Assembly (NCBI GenBank): GCA_009914755.4
Contig: CP068257.2
Span: 18,240,001-18,304,000 of the forward strand
From: the human T2T-CHM13v2.0 reference genome, Homo sapiens
DNA: 64,000 bases
Direction of reading: 5' to 3'
The notes beneath the pieces are model-generated. The model saw only the letters and a program-made list of their open reading frames with translations. It had not been told where the DNA came from and did not search any database. Below, piece by piece: positions 18,341 to 33,445 of this stretch (the stretch's first letter is position 1; every line of letters starts with the position of its first letter). A program made the translations under genes and the position numbers.

Positions 18341-19100
18341 ATCAGGAGGTAGTGGTTCATTTCCACCCTATTTCCTCTTACCTTTCATGAACTCCATTCA
18401 AACATATGCATGTTGCTGAGATATAGTATGGTGCTTAATATCGCTGGGGAAGGAAATAGAAAAATAATAACTACATTGCATTGAAATATGTGCAAGTAAT
18501 AGTGTTCTAATAAAGGTGTAATATATTTTGTTGAATATAGAAAAATTGTGTAGTGTAAAACATTTTCCAAACTTTCTGTCTATTGTATTATATTTGTAAG
18601 ATTTAAACTGATGCTCCTTAGACTGTAAAACAAATACTGCCTTTCAAAAATAACTAAAATAATTAGATTGTGTTTTCAGATGAATTTTCTGGTGCTCATA
18701 TAATTAAAAAATAGTCCAATAGAATAAGAACTTCCAACTGAAAAAGAATAAAGGCATTGCCTATTGGAGTAACATATATACAGCTGTCTCTTGAGTAAAA
18801 TACTGGAAAATAAAGATGCAAGTACCTCAATGACATAATACCTAACATTTTCTAGCACATTATAAAATGTAGTCTACAATTACGTGTATTATTATTTATC
18901 TCCTGCAATAATGTAAGCTTTGTAAATGTAGAAATTTCTGTCTATATTGTTCTCTGATATAAAACTACTGTTTAGAGTAGTGCTGAATACAGGGTATATA
19001 TATATATGTAACTTTTCCTAAAATTTCTAGATAGTTGCAAACTTTACAGTTTTAATAGTTTGTTTTTTAAAAAGCATAATTTACAAAGCATACATGTATG

Positions 19101-19262
19101 CCCTTCCTTCCTTCCCTTTCTTCCTTCCTTTCCTTCCTTCTTTCCTTCCTTCCTCCCTCCCTGCTCGCTTGCTTTCTCTCTTTTCTTTTCATTTTCTTTC
19201 CTTCCTTCCTTCCCTCCCCCTCCCTCCCTTCATTCCTTCCTTCTCTCTCTCTCTCTCTCTCC
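19101..19262. repeat. (CCTT)n / polypyrimidine tract, ~160 bp, ending in (CT)n
   Basis: cccttccttccttccctttcttccttcctttccttcc...ttctctctctctctctctctcc. The top strand is almost pure pyrimidine. Confidence 0.9.
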
Positions 19263-19269
19263 TTTTATT

Positions 19270-19546
19270 TATTTTTTTTTTGTGAGACAGGGTCTCATTC
19301 TGTCACCCAGGCTAGAGTGCCATGGTGCCATCTTGGCTCACTGTAACCTCCACCTCCCAGGCTCAAGCAATCCTCACACCTCAGCCTCCTGAGTAGCCTC
19401 CTGAGTAGCCGGAACTAGAGGAGTGTGTCATCACGCTGGCTAATTCTTGTAATTTCGGCTTGTCTCGAACTCCTGGGCTCAAGCAATCCACCTGCCTCTG
19501 CCTCCCAAAGTGCTGGGATAACATGTGTGAACCATCGTGCCCAGCC
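19270..19546 (-). mobile_element. Alu (minus orientation), older, with internal deletion and small duplication
   Basis: Poly-T then gtgagacagggtctcattctgtcacccaggctagagtgccatggtgccatcttggctcactgtaacctcc ... caaagtgctgggataacatgtgtgaaccatcgtgcccagcc. The motif cctcctgagtagc is duplicated. Confidence 0.85.
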
Positions 19547-20137
19547 CAGCACGTATTCTTTTTAAATACAGCCCAGGTTTTCCCATCTACAGTTATTTGA
19601 TGTTATGACTTGTTCAAATAATCAAGTTATTCTTAAATTTTGTTTTCTTTTTCATCTAAGCAAAAGTTTATGGATGTTATATCAACTACATTTCATGTGG
19701 GGCATGCTTCACTACTATATATATTTATTGGTAATTGGGCGACAGAGTGAGACTTCATCACACAAAAAAATCTAAATCTTTAGTAGTGTAATTTAAAAAC
19801 AAGAATTTTATTTCCACACCAGCTTGAAGTCTGTGGTTTTAAAACAATTTCTTTTTAAGGTGTGCTTTACCTCAAAACTGGGAGGGTCTGTCTTTTATCT
19901 CAAACAAAACTACATGGAGAAAAGGTACTAAAGAAAGACAAATGCATTAGATAAATATTTTACCGTATAGTTGTCAGTAAACCAACTTAGAATTATCCTG
20001 CAGGGATTACATAAATAAATAAATACATAAATAAACAAACAAAATAAACACCTTTATGAACACTCCGACTGAGTGGAATATGTCTATATTCTTATAACTG
20101 CTTCAGTTCTAAAAGCCGGAGACACAGGAATCATTAA

Positions 20138-21590
20138 GAGGGGTTGAGTCAAGATGGCGGCCTGGAAGTAGCTCCTGCGCGCTGCTCTCACAGGGAGGAG
20201 ACAAAGGGCTGGTGAACACTGACCCTACAAGCTGATATCTAAGAAACCGTGTCGGACTCGATCAAGGCAGCAAGCCGACACAGAGAACAGAGAGGAGTGC
20301 AGCTGGGCAGCAGCCTGTCTGGGATAAACGCGGAGCCAGGAGAAGCTCCCCAACACAGGAAAGGGTGAGTGAGTAAGAGGCCCCTGAGGGCTTCACACTC
20401 TCCGCGGGAACCTGTGTAAGGTTGCGAATGGAAGACCCCCACCACCGCCCCCCTTCCCCCCGCCGGCCTCCCTGCACCCTCCCACCAGCTTCTAAACTGA
20501 GGCAGAGAGCCACCGGAAATGTTGCAGCGGCAGCTCTCAAGTCCAAGGGGACCTCCACAAGCCTTGGACCCTGGAACAGAGGCACCAGTGCCATCTCCCC
20601 AGTAGAGACTGCAGTCACAGTGCCCAGGAGCAGCAGGATTGTTCCCCTCCCTCCAGCCGCCAGCCGCCCCTCCACCCTACACATGCACAGGGTTCAGCGC
20701 CAGCTTCCAGGCCAGCAGCCCCACGTATGCCTGAACTTAGCTGGTGGGCGCAACCACTTGTTCCAGGAAACATCCCTCAGAGAGCAGACAGTGAGGTAGT
20801 CAGGCAACGCCCGCTAGAGCTCCCAGCCCAGCTTTCCTGCCCCTGAGTGAATTCATCCGGCAGGTGCAGTCTCTTGTTGTCCCAGGAAATCCCTGAATAT
20901 CAGGAGGGGATGACTCCGACCAACCCCACCTCTCCTAGCCAAGCAAGTCACTCCTGCTAGAGCTTCCAGCCTAAGGGCCTTAACTCTCCCTGAAATCTGC
21001 TGAGCAGCACAGCCTCCTATAGCCCTGGGAAATACCCAGAGGGCAGGGTGAACAGCTCCACCCATCCCCGTCTTTAGCAGACGAATGGACCACACTCACT
21101 AGAGCTTCCAGCCCAGCAATCTTGCTTCTGCCTGAATTTGCATGCGCAACCCTGTGTTCTCCTGGGAAGCACCCGGACAGCAGATTAGGTGACCCCCACC
21201 CACAACACCCCTGCAGATCCCAGCCAACGAGGACTTGTTGGCTTGGGCAGTACCCAGGCAGAGAGAAGCCCTAACTTTCAGATCACTGAGAGGTGAGGTG
21301 CCCAGCTTTGCAGGCTGGTTGAGGAGCAAGCATGTGTCTCCCTCCCAGCATCCAATGGGTAAGGATATGACTTGTCTGCCAACCAACCTCTGCCTTAGTG
21401 AACCCCGTGGGCCAGAAAACCTAGCAAAATAAACCTAGGCACAGAGTCAGTAATCGGAGGAGATTCCTCCAAGGCCCAGAAGCGGACTACGTGAGGGAGT
21501 CATCACTCTCTTCCCCTACACCACAGAACTCTACTGACCAACTGCAGAGGAAGAGCCTCTCTGCTGCCTAACAATCCCATGTCTTTGGCT
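20138..21590 (+). mobile_element. GC/CpG-rich L1 5'UTR-like segment (older primate L1 family suspected) with no downstream ORF1. Contains three ~143-bp tandem units at 20808-21235.
   Basis: Begins agaggggttgagtcaagatggcggcctggaagtagctcc, which resembles the L1 5' start ggaggagccaagatggccgaataggaacagctcc. About 30 CpGs and clearly higher GC than the flanks. The tandem units start cgcccgctagagctcccagcc (20808), cactcctgctagagcttccagcc (20948) and cacactcactagagcttccagcc (21091). The family assignment is inference. Confidence 0.45.
20151..20163 (+). promoter_or_regulatory. YY1-box-like motif caagatggcggcc at the 5' end of the L1 5'UTR-like segment
   Basis: aagatggcggc matches the canonical YY1 core. 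Its position mirrors the YY1 site at the start of L1 5'UTRs. Only a motif match, with no functional evidence. Confidence 0.4.
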
Positions 21591-21620
21591 TGTGTTCTCA
21601 TTCCTTTCACATTTTTATTT

Positions 21621-23955
<2,335 letters not shown>

Positions 23956-24439
23956 TGACATTTTTATTTGCAGAGCATAAGTGTTTAATTTTAATCAAAT
24001 CTAAATAATCGATTATTTTTTTTCATGGAGCATGCTTTTGGAGTAGTTTCTGAAAAGTCACTGCCATGCCACAACTGATAGAGTTTCTCTATGCTATCCT
24101 CTAGGAGATTTATTGTCTTGTGTTTTACATTTAGGTGTGTGAAAAATACATCTAGAGGTAATTTTTGTGAAAGGTGTATGGTCTGTGTCTAGATTAATAT
24201 TTTTGCGTGTGAAGGTCTAGTTGTTCCATCACCATTTATTGAAAAGATTACCCTTTCATCACTTTTATTACTTTTGCTCCATTGTCAGATATCAGTTGAT
24301 GATATTTGTATGGTTTCATTTTTGGGCTATTATGTTCCATTGATATATTTGTCCATTCTTTCACCAATTCCACACTGTCATGATTACTTTAGTTTAATAA
24401 TGAATCTTAAAGTTAGGTAATGCCAGTCTTCCAACTTTG

Positions 24440-25090
24440 TTCTCCTTTAATAATTTGCCATCTAACTTTCCTCTTTTGTCTCTCAATACAAGCTGAAGAA
24501 TCAGTTTGTGATACCCACAAAGAGCCTGCTACGATTTCTATTGGGATGGCACTCAATCAAGTTGAGAAGAACTGACATCTTAACAATATTGAGTTGTCCT
24601 ATCCATTCACATGGAATAGCTCTCTGCTTATTTAGTTTTTCTATAATGTATTTTATCAGAGTTATGTAGTTTTCTTCGTATAGATCTTGTACATTTCTTA
24701 AACTTATATATGCATAAGGATTTATTTTGGGGAGGTACAAAAGTAAATGGTATTTTATTTTTATTCTTAAATTGCACTTGTTCATTTCCGGTAAATAGGA
24801 AAGCAGTTGGCCTTTGTATATTAATCACGTACCCTGCAACCTTGCTATAATCACTTATTAGTTTCAGGAGTCTTTTGACTGTTCTTTTATATTTTCTACA
24901 TAGATAATAATGTCGTCTACATCTGAAGATAGTTTTCTTTCTTTCCAATCTGTAACTATATGTCTTGTCTTGTCTTATCGGATTAGTGAGGGCTTCCGGT
25001 ATGATGTTGTAAAGAAGCGGTAAATGGACATCCTTGCCTTGTTATTGATCTCAGCAGCAAGTCTGTGTGTATTTTTCAAAATTCTTTGTA
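24440..25090 (-). mobile_element. Ancient L1 (L1M-type) ORF2 fragment, minus strand
   Basis: Minus-strand ORFs at 24501-24948 translate to diverged L1 ORF2: ...LLKLISDYSKVAGYVINIQRPTAFLFTGNEQ...IPFT... and ...ENYITLIKYIIEKLNKQRAIPCEWIGQLNIVKMSVL. The extent is approximate. Confidence 0.65.
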
Positions 25091-27340
25091 TCTGAATTTT
25101 GGAAGAAAAAACTTTGAAGCTTCCACATAGGTTTTAGTCACTGAATAAAGTTGTATTTTGTACTGCAATAAATTAAATAGGTTACTAAAAGCTTGCAATT
25201 TATATCAAATCTAGTGATAGCTAACTTTTACATAGTGCTTACTATATGCCAAAAAGTCTTCTTAAAGATTCACATGTACTGATTCATTTAATATTGTGTT
25301 ATTATTTTTCTAGTAATCAGGTAAGACACCAGGAGCAGGTGGAGGTTTAGTAAGTTGCACAGCCACTTTGCTACAGAGCCAGCTTGCAGAATCAGGGAGT
25401 CTGGAAACAAAGTCTATGTGCTTGACTATGAGATTATAGACTATCACATCAAAATTTCTGCCTTCCAGTGTTTTGTAATGTATTCATAAAGTTAATGTAT
25501 GTAAAAATTAAAGGATTTTAATATGATTTTGTTAATAAATAACAATAGTTAATGCTGTAAGAATTTCAACATGGATAAAACATACTTTATACCATTCAAT
25601 AGAAAGATGTAGATTAGTCATTACATTTGAGGGAGTGGGAAAAGAAGAAGAGAAAGTATTGATGAGCAGGTTCTACATTATGAACTAGGAAGAGTTAGAT
25701 GGATAATGGGGTAAATCATTAGAAAACAGATGAATTGTTCAAATGGTGTAAGGACGAGATAATATTAACTGTATCATTTTTATTGAGATAAATAGAGATA
25801 AATATCTATATACTTTGGGATTGTGATTGGTATTTTTAAAACACAAAATAAAAGACACAAAAGTCAATGGTAAAAGTTTATCCCTCTGACTTCATTTTCA
25901 AATACTTTAATTTACGTGTATTAATTAAAATTATAAATATAATAGCAAAATTATAAATAGAGAAAAATACTAGCAGCATATGTTACAAAAGGTTAATATC
26001 ATTTATTTATACATAATTAAAATAATAAGCCAATAAAAATGAAGATCAACATAGCAATGGAAAAATAATCAAAACCTACCAACATTATGTATTGTTGAAT
26101 TACATAGAATTTAAAAAGAAAAAAATTAAATTTACTTTTCAGTTAAATCTAAACTTGTTTCTTAGAATATAGGAAAATAACTTTGTTATTTTACACCATA
26201 ACTAAAAGTATATATATATATAGCAGTGATATCAATACAAGTTTCACAGAATTATCTTTTCAGATAAATAAATGCCTCCAGTATAAGCTAACAGATATTT
26301 AAGGTTAAAGTTATTCAGAATTTTTGTTTAATATAGATGTTTAAAAATATACTTAGCATGTGTAAGATTTCCAAAGAGGTAGCATTCTTAAGAATTATGT
26401 AAACACTGAAAATCATTAAATAATTCAGGTTCCTAGTTATGCAACCTAGAACAAGATACTTAAACTTTTTGCTTCAATTGCAACTGCAAAATAAGTATAT
26501 AGTAATTATATGAGTATGTAGTAATTCCCATTTCAAAGATTTGTTGTAAGATTTGTGTTTTAATATGTATAAAGTTTTTAGGACAATGGTTAGCACTAGT
26601 TACCTATTCAAGAATTACCTGTTATCTTATGGCATATTTGTTACATTTAAAAATGATTAGTATTGTAATTAGTTATTTTAGGAAGTCAGAACAGCCAACA
26701 TAGAGTGAGATGAAAGGAATAAGTCTTTTTGTGTTTCAGTTTGTCCACATACACAACAAAGTTTTTTCCTACAAATCATTTATGAATTTGTCCTTTCCTA
26801 TTTAAACTTCCATTAACCTCCAGGCTGAAGTCCAAGCCCCTTCCCTTGGCCTCCTCCAAATAGCATCAATATTTCAGTATCACTTTATCTCCTATCATTT
26901 ATTTCTCCTTACCTTTGGCAATATCCATAGGACATTTCTCATGTTCCCCAGATTTATCACATTCTTTAAAACTCTATGCTTCTCCAATACTATTTATTCT
27001 ATTTGTAATACTTTTTTTTCTAGATCATATTCTCCACTTAAAAGTCTATTTGCCCTTAAAGACATAGATTTTATGCCATCTCTTCTGAGAAGTCACATAT
27101 TGCTTCCATTCAGGTTAAATCTTTTCTCCTATAGATTGTAAACACCGTAAGAACCTGTGATGGCCTGATTTGCATTTTCACTTTGTGTCTGCATTATCCT
27201 TTGAACATCTCCAATCGTGATTTGTTTCAAAATGTTTGATTTTTAAATTTTATTTTATTTATTCATAATAACAAAATAAAATTATAATCAGTAATATAAT
27301 TTCTAAATGAATAATATTAAAATTAAAACTGATCCATTTA

Positions 27341-27621
27341 GCTGGGCATGGTGGCTCACGCCTTTAATCCCGGCACTTTGAGAGGCTGAGGCAAGTGGAT
27401 TGCCTGAACTCAGGAGTTTGAGACCAGCCTGGGCAACATGGTGAAATCCCATCTCTACTAAAAATACAAAAAATTAGCTGGGCATGGTGGTGTGCGCCTG
27501 TAATCCCAGCTACTCGGGAGGCTGAGGCATGAGAATTCCTTGGACCTGGGAGCGGAGCTTGCAGTGAGCCGATACTGTGCCACCGCACTCCAGGCTGGGT
27601 GACAGAGTGAGACTCTTTCAC

Positions 27622-27650
<29 letters not shown>
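27341..27650 (+). mobile_element. Alu (S-type) with ~28-A tail and ~11-bp TSD tgat(c/t)cattta
   Basis: gctgggcatggtggctcacgcctttaatcccggcactttgagaggctgaggcaagtggattgcctgaactcaggagtttgagaccagcctgggcaacatggtgaaatcccatctctactaaaaatacaaaaaattagctgggcatggtggtgtgcgcctgtaatcccagctactcgggaggctgagg... Confidence 0.9.
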
Positions 27651-27655
<5 letters not shown>

Positions 27656-30125
27656 TCATTTAACAAGATGAGTAATTTAAGAATTTTATAATTTAAATAA
27701 ACATCTGTGGGGTATGACAATTAAAATAACTTCTTAATATATTTATCAATCGGGTAATGTAACTATGAAATTTTTAGTCTAACATTCTTCAGTATTCTTC
27801 AGTTTTTTTGGAGATTTTATTACCATATTACAGCTATCTATGCAATAAGAAAAAGATGGAGAAAAGTTAAATGTTATTATAAGATTATTGATGTGGAGAT
27901 TTAAACCTTTGATGGACAAAAGTACACACAATTTTTGTAATACAGAACATTTGAAATAATCACTGAGGCCACTCATATATTGTAACACATTTTCCTTCCC
28001 TATGGCCCTCAAAGTAACAATATTAATAACTAAATTTATCTTCCATTTGAATGTGGAATATAGACATTACCTCCAAGGTAATGTGCTTCATGACAGTGTT
28101 AAGAGAACAAAGATGATACAACATTGCATAACCAAATACAGGTCAGAATTTGTTTAAGTGTGAAGAGATTAAATGATAGCTAAAGAAAAACCAGTTAGGT
28201 ACCAAACATAGTAATCTAGAATTGAATTACTTTGTGAAATGAAAATATCCTTGTGGAATGCTTGAGATCATAGTGCAGTAAAGCAAAATCATAAGCTTCT
28301 CAGTCAATTATGTAATAAATGTGAATGATTGCTAATCCCTAGAATACAGAATTTTGGGGATATGTTTCATGACACATGTGGAAGGTTTGTTTTTTTAACT
28401 GCAATAATCAAATAAGTTTGCAAGATATAAGTGCAATAAATAATATTTAGAGAAAGAAAATATGGTGTAACCGTGTGAAATTTTAAGCATATGACAAACG
28501 TAATTTTTGTGATCCTGATTAGAAACTATACTGAAGCTGCTAAATAATAACATGATCACATAGAAAATTACAAATATGAGACGATAAAGTGGAAATGATG
28601 TATTAGTTTTCAGATTCTACTATAAATAACCCTTATGTTTTATTTGTATAATAATAAATCCCAAGACAGGAAAGCTGTGAGGATTATAAAAAAAAAAAAA
28701 AATCTGTGATAGAGAGCCCAGCATGGATCCAAAAGCATCTGAACTGGACCTTTTTAAATATATAAAATATAGGTTGTTATTTCTTTTGACAAGAGCATAT
28801 TGGTGTCATAATAAATAAGATCAAGGTTAGAAATCAGTATGGGCTCCCAGCTGAATGACTTTCACTGTTAATATTTTCAGAATGAGAACAGTTTGTGCCT
28901 GAGCTTAAATAGTGTGTTTCTTTCTTGCCATTGCTTGAAGTGTCATAAATAGCTGTAGTGGCAAACACCACAAAGGAAGCTGAGAGGAAGCTGTTAACGC
29001 TTCATTATTGGAGGGGGTGGTAAAAAGGGAGTAAGGGAGTGGCACTCTATGTTTCAGCCTAGTGAAATTAATCTAACAGATTTTAAACAAAATAAAATAT
29101 ATTCTGCTTAATATATTAATAGAATTAATATATCAAATAGTTTTATACAATAATAAACTTTTACAGTATCACTAAAGGGAAAAATCAATCCTAACATTAA
29201 AGAAAATCAAGGCATTCTGCACATTGCTCCACACCTATAGAAAACTTGGAGAAATTATGCATAGGATTGCTAATGAAGGGCCACAAAAATGAAATGAGAT
29301 TTTTGACTCTTTTTGAAATAATTCAGATTTTCAGTCTGTATTAAAATATGGAAATTCTGGCACAAAATACAATAAACACTGAGAGACAGTTATATTGAGA
29401 ATTTTCAAGGAACTACTTCTTAATGTATAGCATGTTATGATTTCAAAGTCATGATTCTTTTTATTCATAATGACTGGTTTAAGCCTTCATTTTCTTTCCA
29501 GATTCTCTTTCGAAAGCTTAAATTAGATAGAAAGAAACATTGAAACCTGAAGAACTGTTATACTTTCTAGGAGCAGATACTTTTGTGCCATTAAAATCTT
29601 TGAGTTTGTGGCTCTTCAAGAAAGTGGAAGATCTCTTCATGTGCTACAAAGCCTGTTTTTGTGTCTGTTTTTTCTGTTTCCTTTGACATTCTTTTAAAAT
29701 ACAATGTAAGACATACATTTAATATATGGAAATTTGATCATCTGCATAAATGAAATTACAACTTTAATACATATTAAAATGCCATACAGAGTGTATTTAA
29801 ATTTTGTTTCTGCCATGGGAGTGTATAGAGCGAGTTTTCAGTAATTTAATAAGGTCCAGGAACAACTCTGTAAGTGGAATTGACCCTTTTTCAGTATTGC
29901 CATATCAATAATTGAATAGAATTACACTTAAGAATATAAAAATGCTTAGGCACACTCATAACCAAATGATCATAATCTGGATGCTTTGTTTAAATTATGT
30001 GATGAATGGGAGAAATTGTAGTATTTCTGTCAGACAGATTTCAAAAAGTGTAATTGCTGGAACAAAGGAAATATAAATACTTTAAGGCTGACACTGCCAA
30101 ATTAATCTCCAAATGTTTATACTGA

Positions 30126-30620
30126 TGTAGGGCAGGTGAGCCCCAAAGTGGAGCTTAACCCATGAAGGTTCTTGGCTTTGCCCCATAAAGAATTCAAGGG
30201 TGAGTCAGTGGTGAAAGAAAACAGCTTTATTGAAGCAGCAGTGTTAAGCTTCAGGGGTGTTGAAGCTCTGGCCGTGTTACTGCTCCATGACTGCTCCTGC
30301 AGACTAGGGATACCCCATAGGCAGTTTGCTGCAAGTGGCACTCTAGGGCAACTTTGCAGTCATGTTTATACCTGCTTTTAATTACATGTAGAATAAGAGG
30401 CAGTTGATGCAGAAATTGCCAGGGAAAGGGTGGTAAACTTCAGGTTGTGGGACCATTGCCATGGAAAGGGGCGGTAACTCCTGGGCATTGCTATGGCAAT
30501 GGTAAACTGATGTGGCACACTGGTGGGTGTGTCTTATAGAAAGCTGCTTACAACCAGGCACTGTTTTAGCTAGTCCTCAATTTGGTCCAGTGTTTGAGTC
30601 CCAAATCCCACCTCAGTACA
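30126..30620 (-). mobile_element. Candidate solo ERV LTR of unclassified family, ~500 bp
   Basis: Reverse complement reads tgtactgaggtggg ... aataaagctgttttctttcaccactgactcacccttgaattctttatgggg ... cacctgccctaca. It has TG..CA termini, a polyadenylation signal in the 3' third, and an internally duplicated motif ccatggaaagggg.ggtaa / ccatggcaatggtaaact. No clear TSD is identified. Confidence 0.35.
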
Positions 30621-31449
30621 ACCTTACAACGGAAACAATCATACACGAAAATACTGATTCTTTCCTTCATGACCAGTTCTGAATTTTATGGGAGCCCATC
30701 ATATTCCCAAAAGACACAATCCTGAATACTGTAATTCCCTATGTTGAAATTCCAAAAGATCAAAATTCTGAAAATACCATGTTAGAAAAATTAATAAGAA
30801 TTATTTAAAATATCTTTATTTTCATTTTTAAATGGGATTTATTTGGGAAACATATAAAACATGACAGAACTCTTCATAGGCCATTTTACACAATAAAATA
30901 GGCAATAATAACTTTATATTTTGTAAGCATACTCAGTTATACAAATGAAAGTCACATGCCTATAAGTTATGAGCAGACAAATCATATTAATAAAGAAATA
31001 GGTCAAAAAGCAAATTATATAAATGTATGTCACTATGGTTGGTAATCACGTGCATCCAGCTATATTCAGATGACTGATCTGAAATGTGATAAACAATGTA
31101 AAGGTCTTTGATGGCATCATCAATAACCATGATGGGTCACAATCACATATGCCATCATCTGAAGAGTCTAGATCTTGAGAAGTTTTATCTTTCAAGAATG
31201 CACATGTACAAAAAGGACATATCTTCATTTATTGAGAATGATTCAACATTTTTATGTACACACACACAATGCTTACACACAAAGTCAATATTGTGATAAG
31301 ACACTTTTCCAGAGTCAAATTTGTGAAAATTGCATAAAGCGAGTTAAAACTCTCTGAAAGCCTCTACAGAATTTATACCTGCAGTACTGGAAATGATGCA
31401 AAGATGAAATACATACCATTGTGAATTGCTAAAAATAAATAAAAACAGG

Positions 31450-31712
31450 TTCATGCTTGCAATTTCCAATGCTTTGGGAGGCCAAGGGAGGAGTTAGAGA
31501 CCAGCCTAGGGAACATAACAAGACCTTGTCTCTAAAACAATAAAAATAATGAAAAATTAGCCAGGTGTGGTAGTGTGTGCCCGTAGTTCCAGCTACTTGG
31601 GAGGCTGAGGTGGGAAGATTGCTTGAACACAGGAGGTCAAGGCTACAGTGGGACTCGATGGTGGTGCCACTGCACTCCAGTCTGGGCGACAGAATGAAAT
31701 CCTGTCTCAGAA
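31450..31712 (+). mobile_element. Alu (older, J-like), 5'-truncated
   Basis: gcttgcaatttccaatgctttgggaggccaagggaggagttagagaccagcctagggaacataacaagaccttgtctc...attagccaggtgtggtagtgtgtgcccgtagttccagctacttgggaggctgaggtgggaagattgcttgaacac...gccactgcactccagtctgggcgacagaatgaaatcctgtctcag. Confidence 0.85.
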
Positions 31713-32734
31713 AGCAAATAAACCAAAATGCTAACAATTTAAAATAGTGGGGAAAAAAAAACTTAAAAACCGAAAAGAAAATTCTACATATGAAAAGAAG
31801 TGTATTACAAGGAAAGATCATGGACAATTACACAAAGTCCCTAAGACCTGACTAACTTTCATGATGACCAACTCTATTTTGAAGTTTTGCTTCATGATGA
31901 ATAGCTGCTTTTATTTTTTAGTCTTTTAGAACAGTGCTCTCCTTACAGAATACATTTACATTCATTTTCTAGTTGGCATTGCTCTTTTTAAAATTCAGTT
32001 ATGATTTTATATACACCAACATATACATTCTCTATGAAGTATTTCCATGGCTCTGTGTTGTTTGATGACACACAGAAATCCATTCTGCTTTGCACTCACA
32101 TAGAGCACAGGTTTGACAGAAACAGTGCTGGTGATTGGATAGCAGTGCCATTGCCTAAGTGTCTTCTTATTTTGCCAAGCACATAATTATTTTCAAACCA
32201 GTCAGTAAGTTGAGTGGCTTCTTCAGGCAAATGAAGCTTTGAAAGTTCCTAGAATGTCTTCAGCTGGAAGGAATTCCAATGCAGGCAAATGACACAGTTT
32301 TAAGCTAAGGTTTTCATTGTTGTGATATTTGTGTGGCTCATCCACCCATCTACATTTTCTGCCAAATGTATTGGGCTGAATGGAGGAAAACTAACGTTAT
32401 TGGTAACACTTTGAAATCCACTTTTAAAATCCTTGACCACGCCCAATTCCAAATCTGTCATGATGGTGTGGGATTCAAATGAAATGCATTTTCTTCTGTA
32501 AAGTCCACCAGATCTTCAAATAAGCATTTATAAAGTGCTTCATTTGTTCCAGTCATTAATACATAAACAAGCAAATAAGTTATAGAATTTGTGGATCCAA
32601 CAGGGGCATGACTTGTATATAGTTGATTAAAAAAACAGTGGGGACAGTTTAGAAAGTGCCATCCCTTAGCCTGAGTGAAGCATTTGCCAGTTTTTCTATG
32701 TTAGATTTAATATTAAGTACAAAAACTCTATATT

Positions 32735-33045
<311 letters not shown>

Positions 33046-33087
33046 TCTTTCTTTTTCAACAGTCAATTCTGTAATCAAGAATAGTTC

Positions 33088-33433
33088 ACTGTTCCTGTGT
33101 TAGTATGCTAAGGATACTGGTCTCCAGCTCCATCCATGTGCCTGCAAAGGACATGATCTCATTCTTTTATGGATACATAGCGTTCCATGGTGCATATGTA
33201 CCACATTTTCTTTTGATGAGAACACATGGACACATAGATGAGAACAACACACACCAGGGCCTTTCAGAAGCTGGAGGGTGGGAGGAAGGACAGGATTAGG
33301 AAAAATAACTAGGGGTACTAGGTTTACTATCTGGATGATGAAATAATCTGTACAACAGGCCCTCATGACACACCTTTACCTATGTAACAAACGTGGACTT
33401 GTACCCCTGAACTTAAAAGTTAAAAAAAAAAAA
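33088..33433 (+). mobile_element. Short L1 3'-end insertion (~345 bp) with a twin-priming 5' inversion. The inverted piece is about 33088-33212 and the sense piece about 33213-33433 with poly-A. 12-bp TSD aagaatagttca.
   Basis: 33088-33212 reads as antisense L1 (ctgttcctgtgttagt.tgct.aggata.tgg..tccagctccatccatgtgcctgcaaaggacatgatctcattcttttatgg...ccacattttc). 33213-33433 reads as sense L1 3' end (gagaacacatggacacatag...ggtactaggtttactatctggatgatgaaataatctgtacaacaggccctcatgacacacctttacctatgtaacaaacgtggacttgtacccctgaacttaaaag then 14 A). TSD at 33076-33087 and 33434-33445. Confidence 0.8.
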
Positions 33434-33445
33434 AAGAATAGTTCA

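Noticed and set aside
19060-19392. Three overlapping ORFs encoding LPSFLPSF... peptides
   Set aside because: They are translation artefacts of the (CCTT)n polypyrimidine microsatellite and the adjacent Alu.
20262-20799. Overlapping 140-aa (-) and 125-aa (+) ORFs in the GC-rich segment
   Set aside because: High GC content suppresses stop codons. The peptides are proline, arginine and alanine-rich low-complexity sequence with no recognisable domain. The region is better explained as an L1 5'UTR-like repeat.
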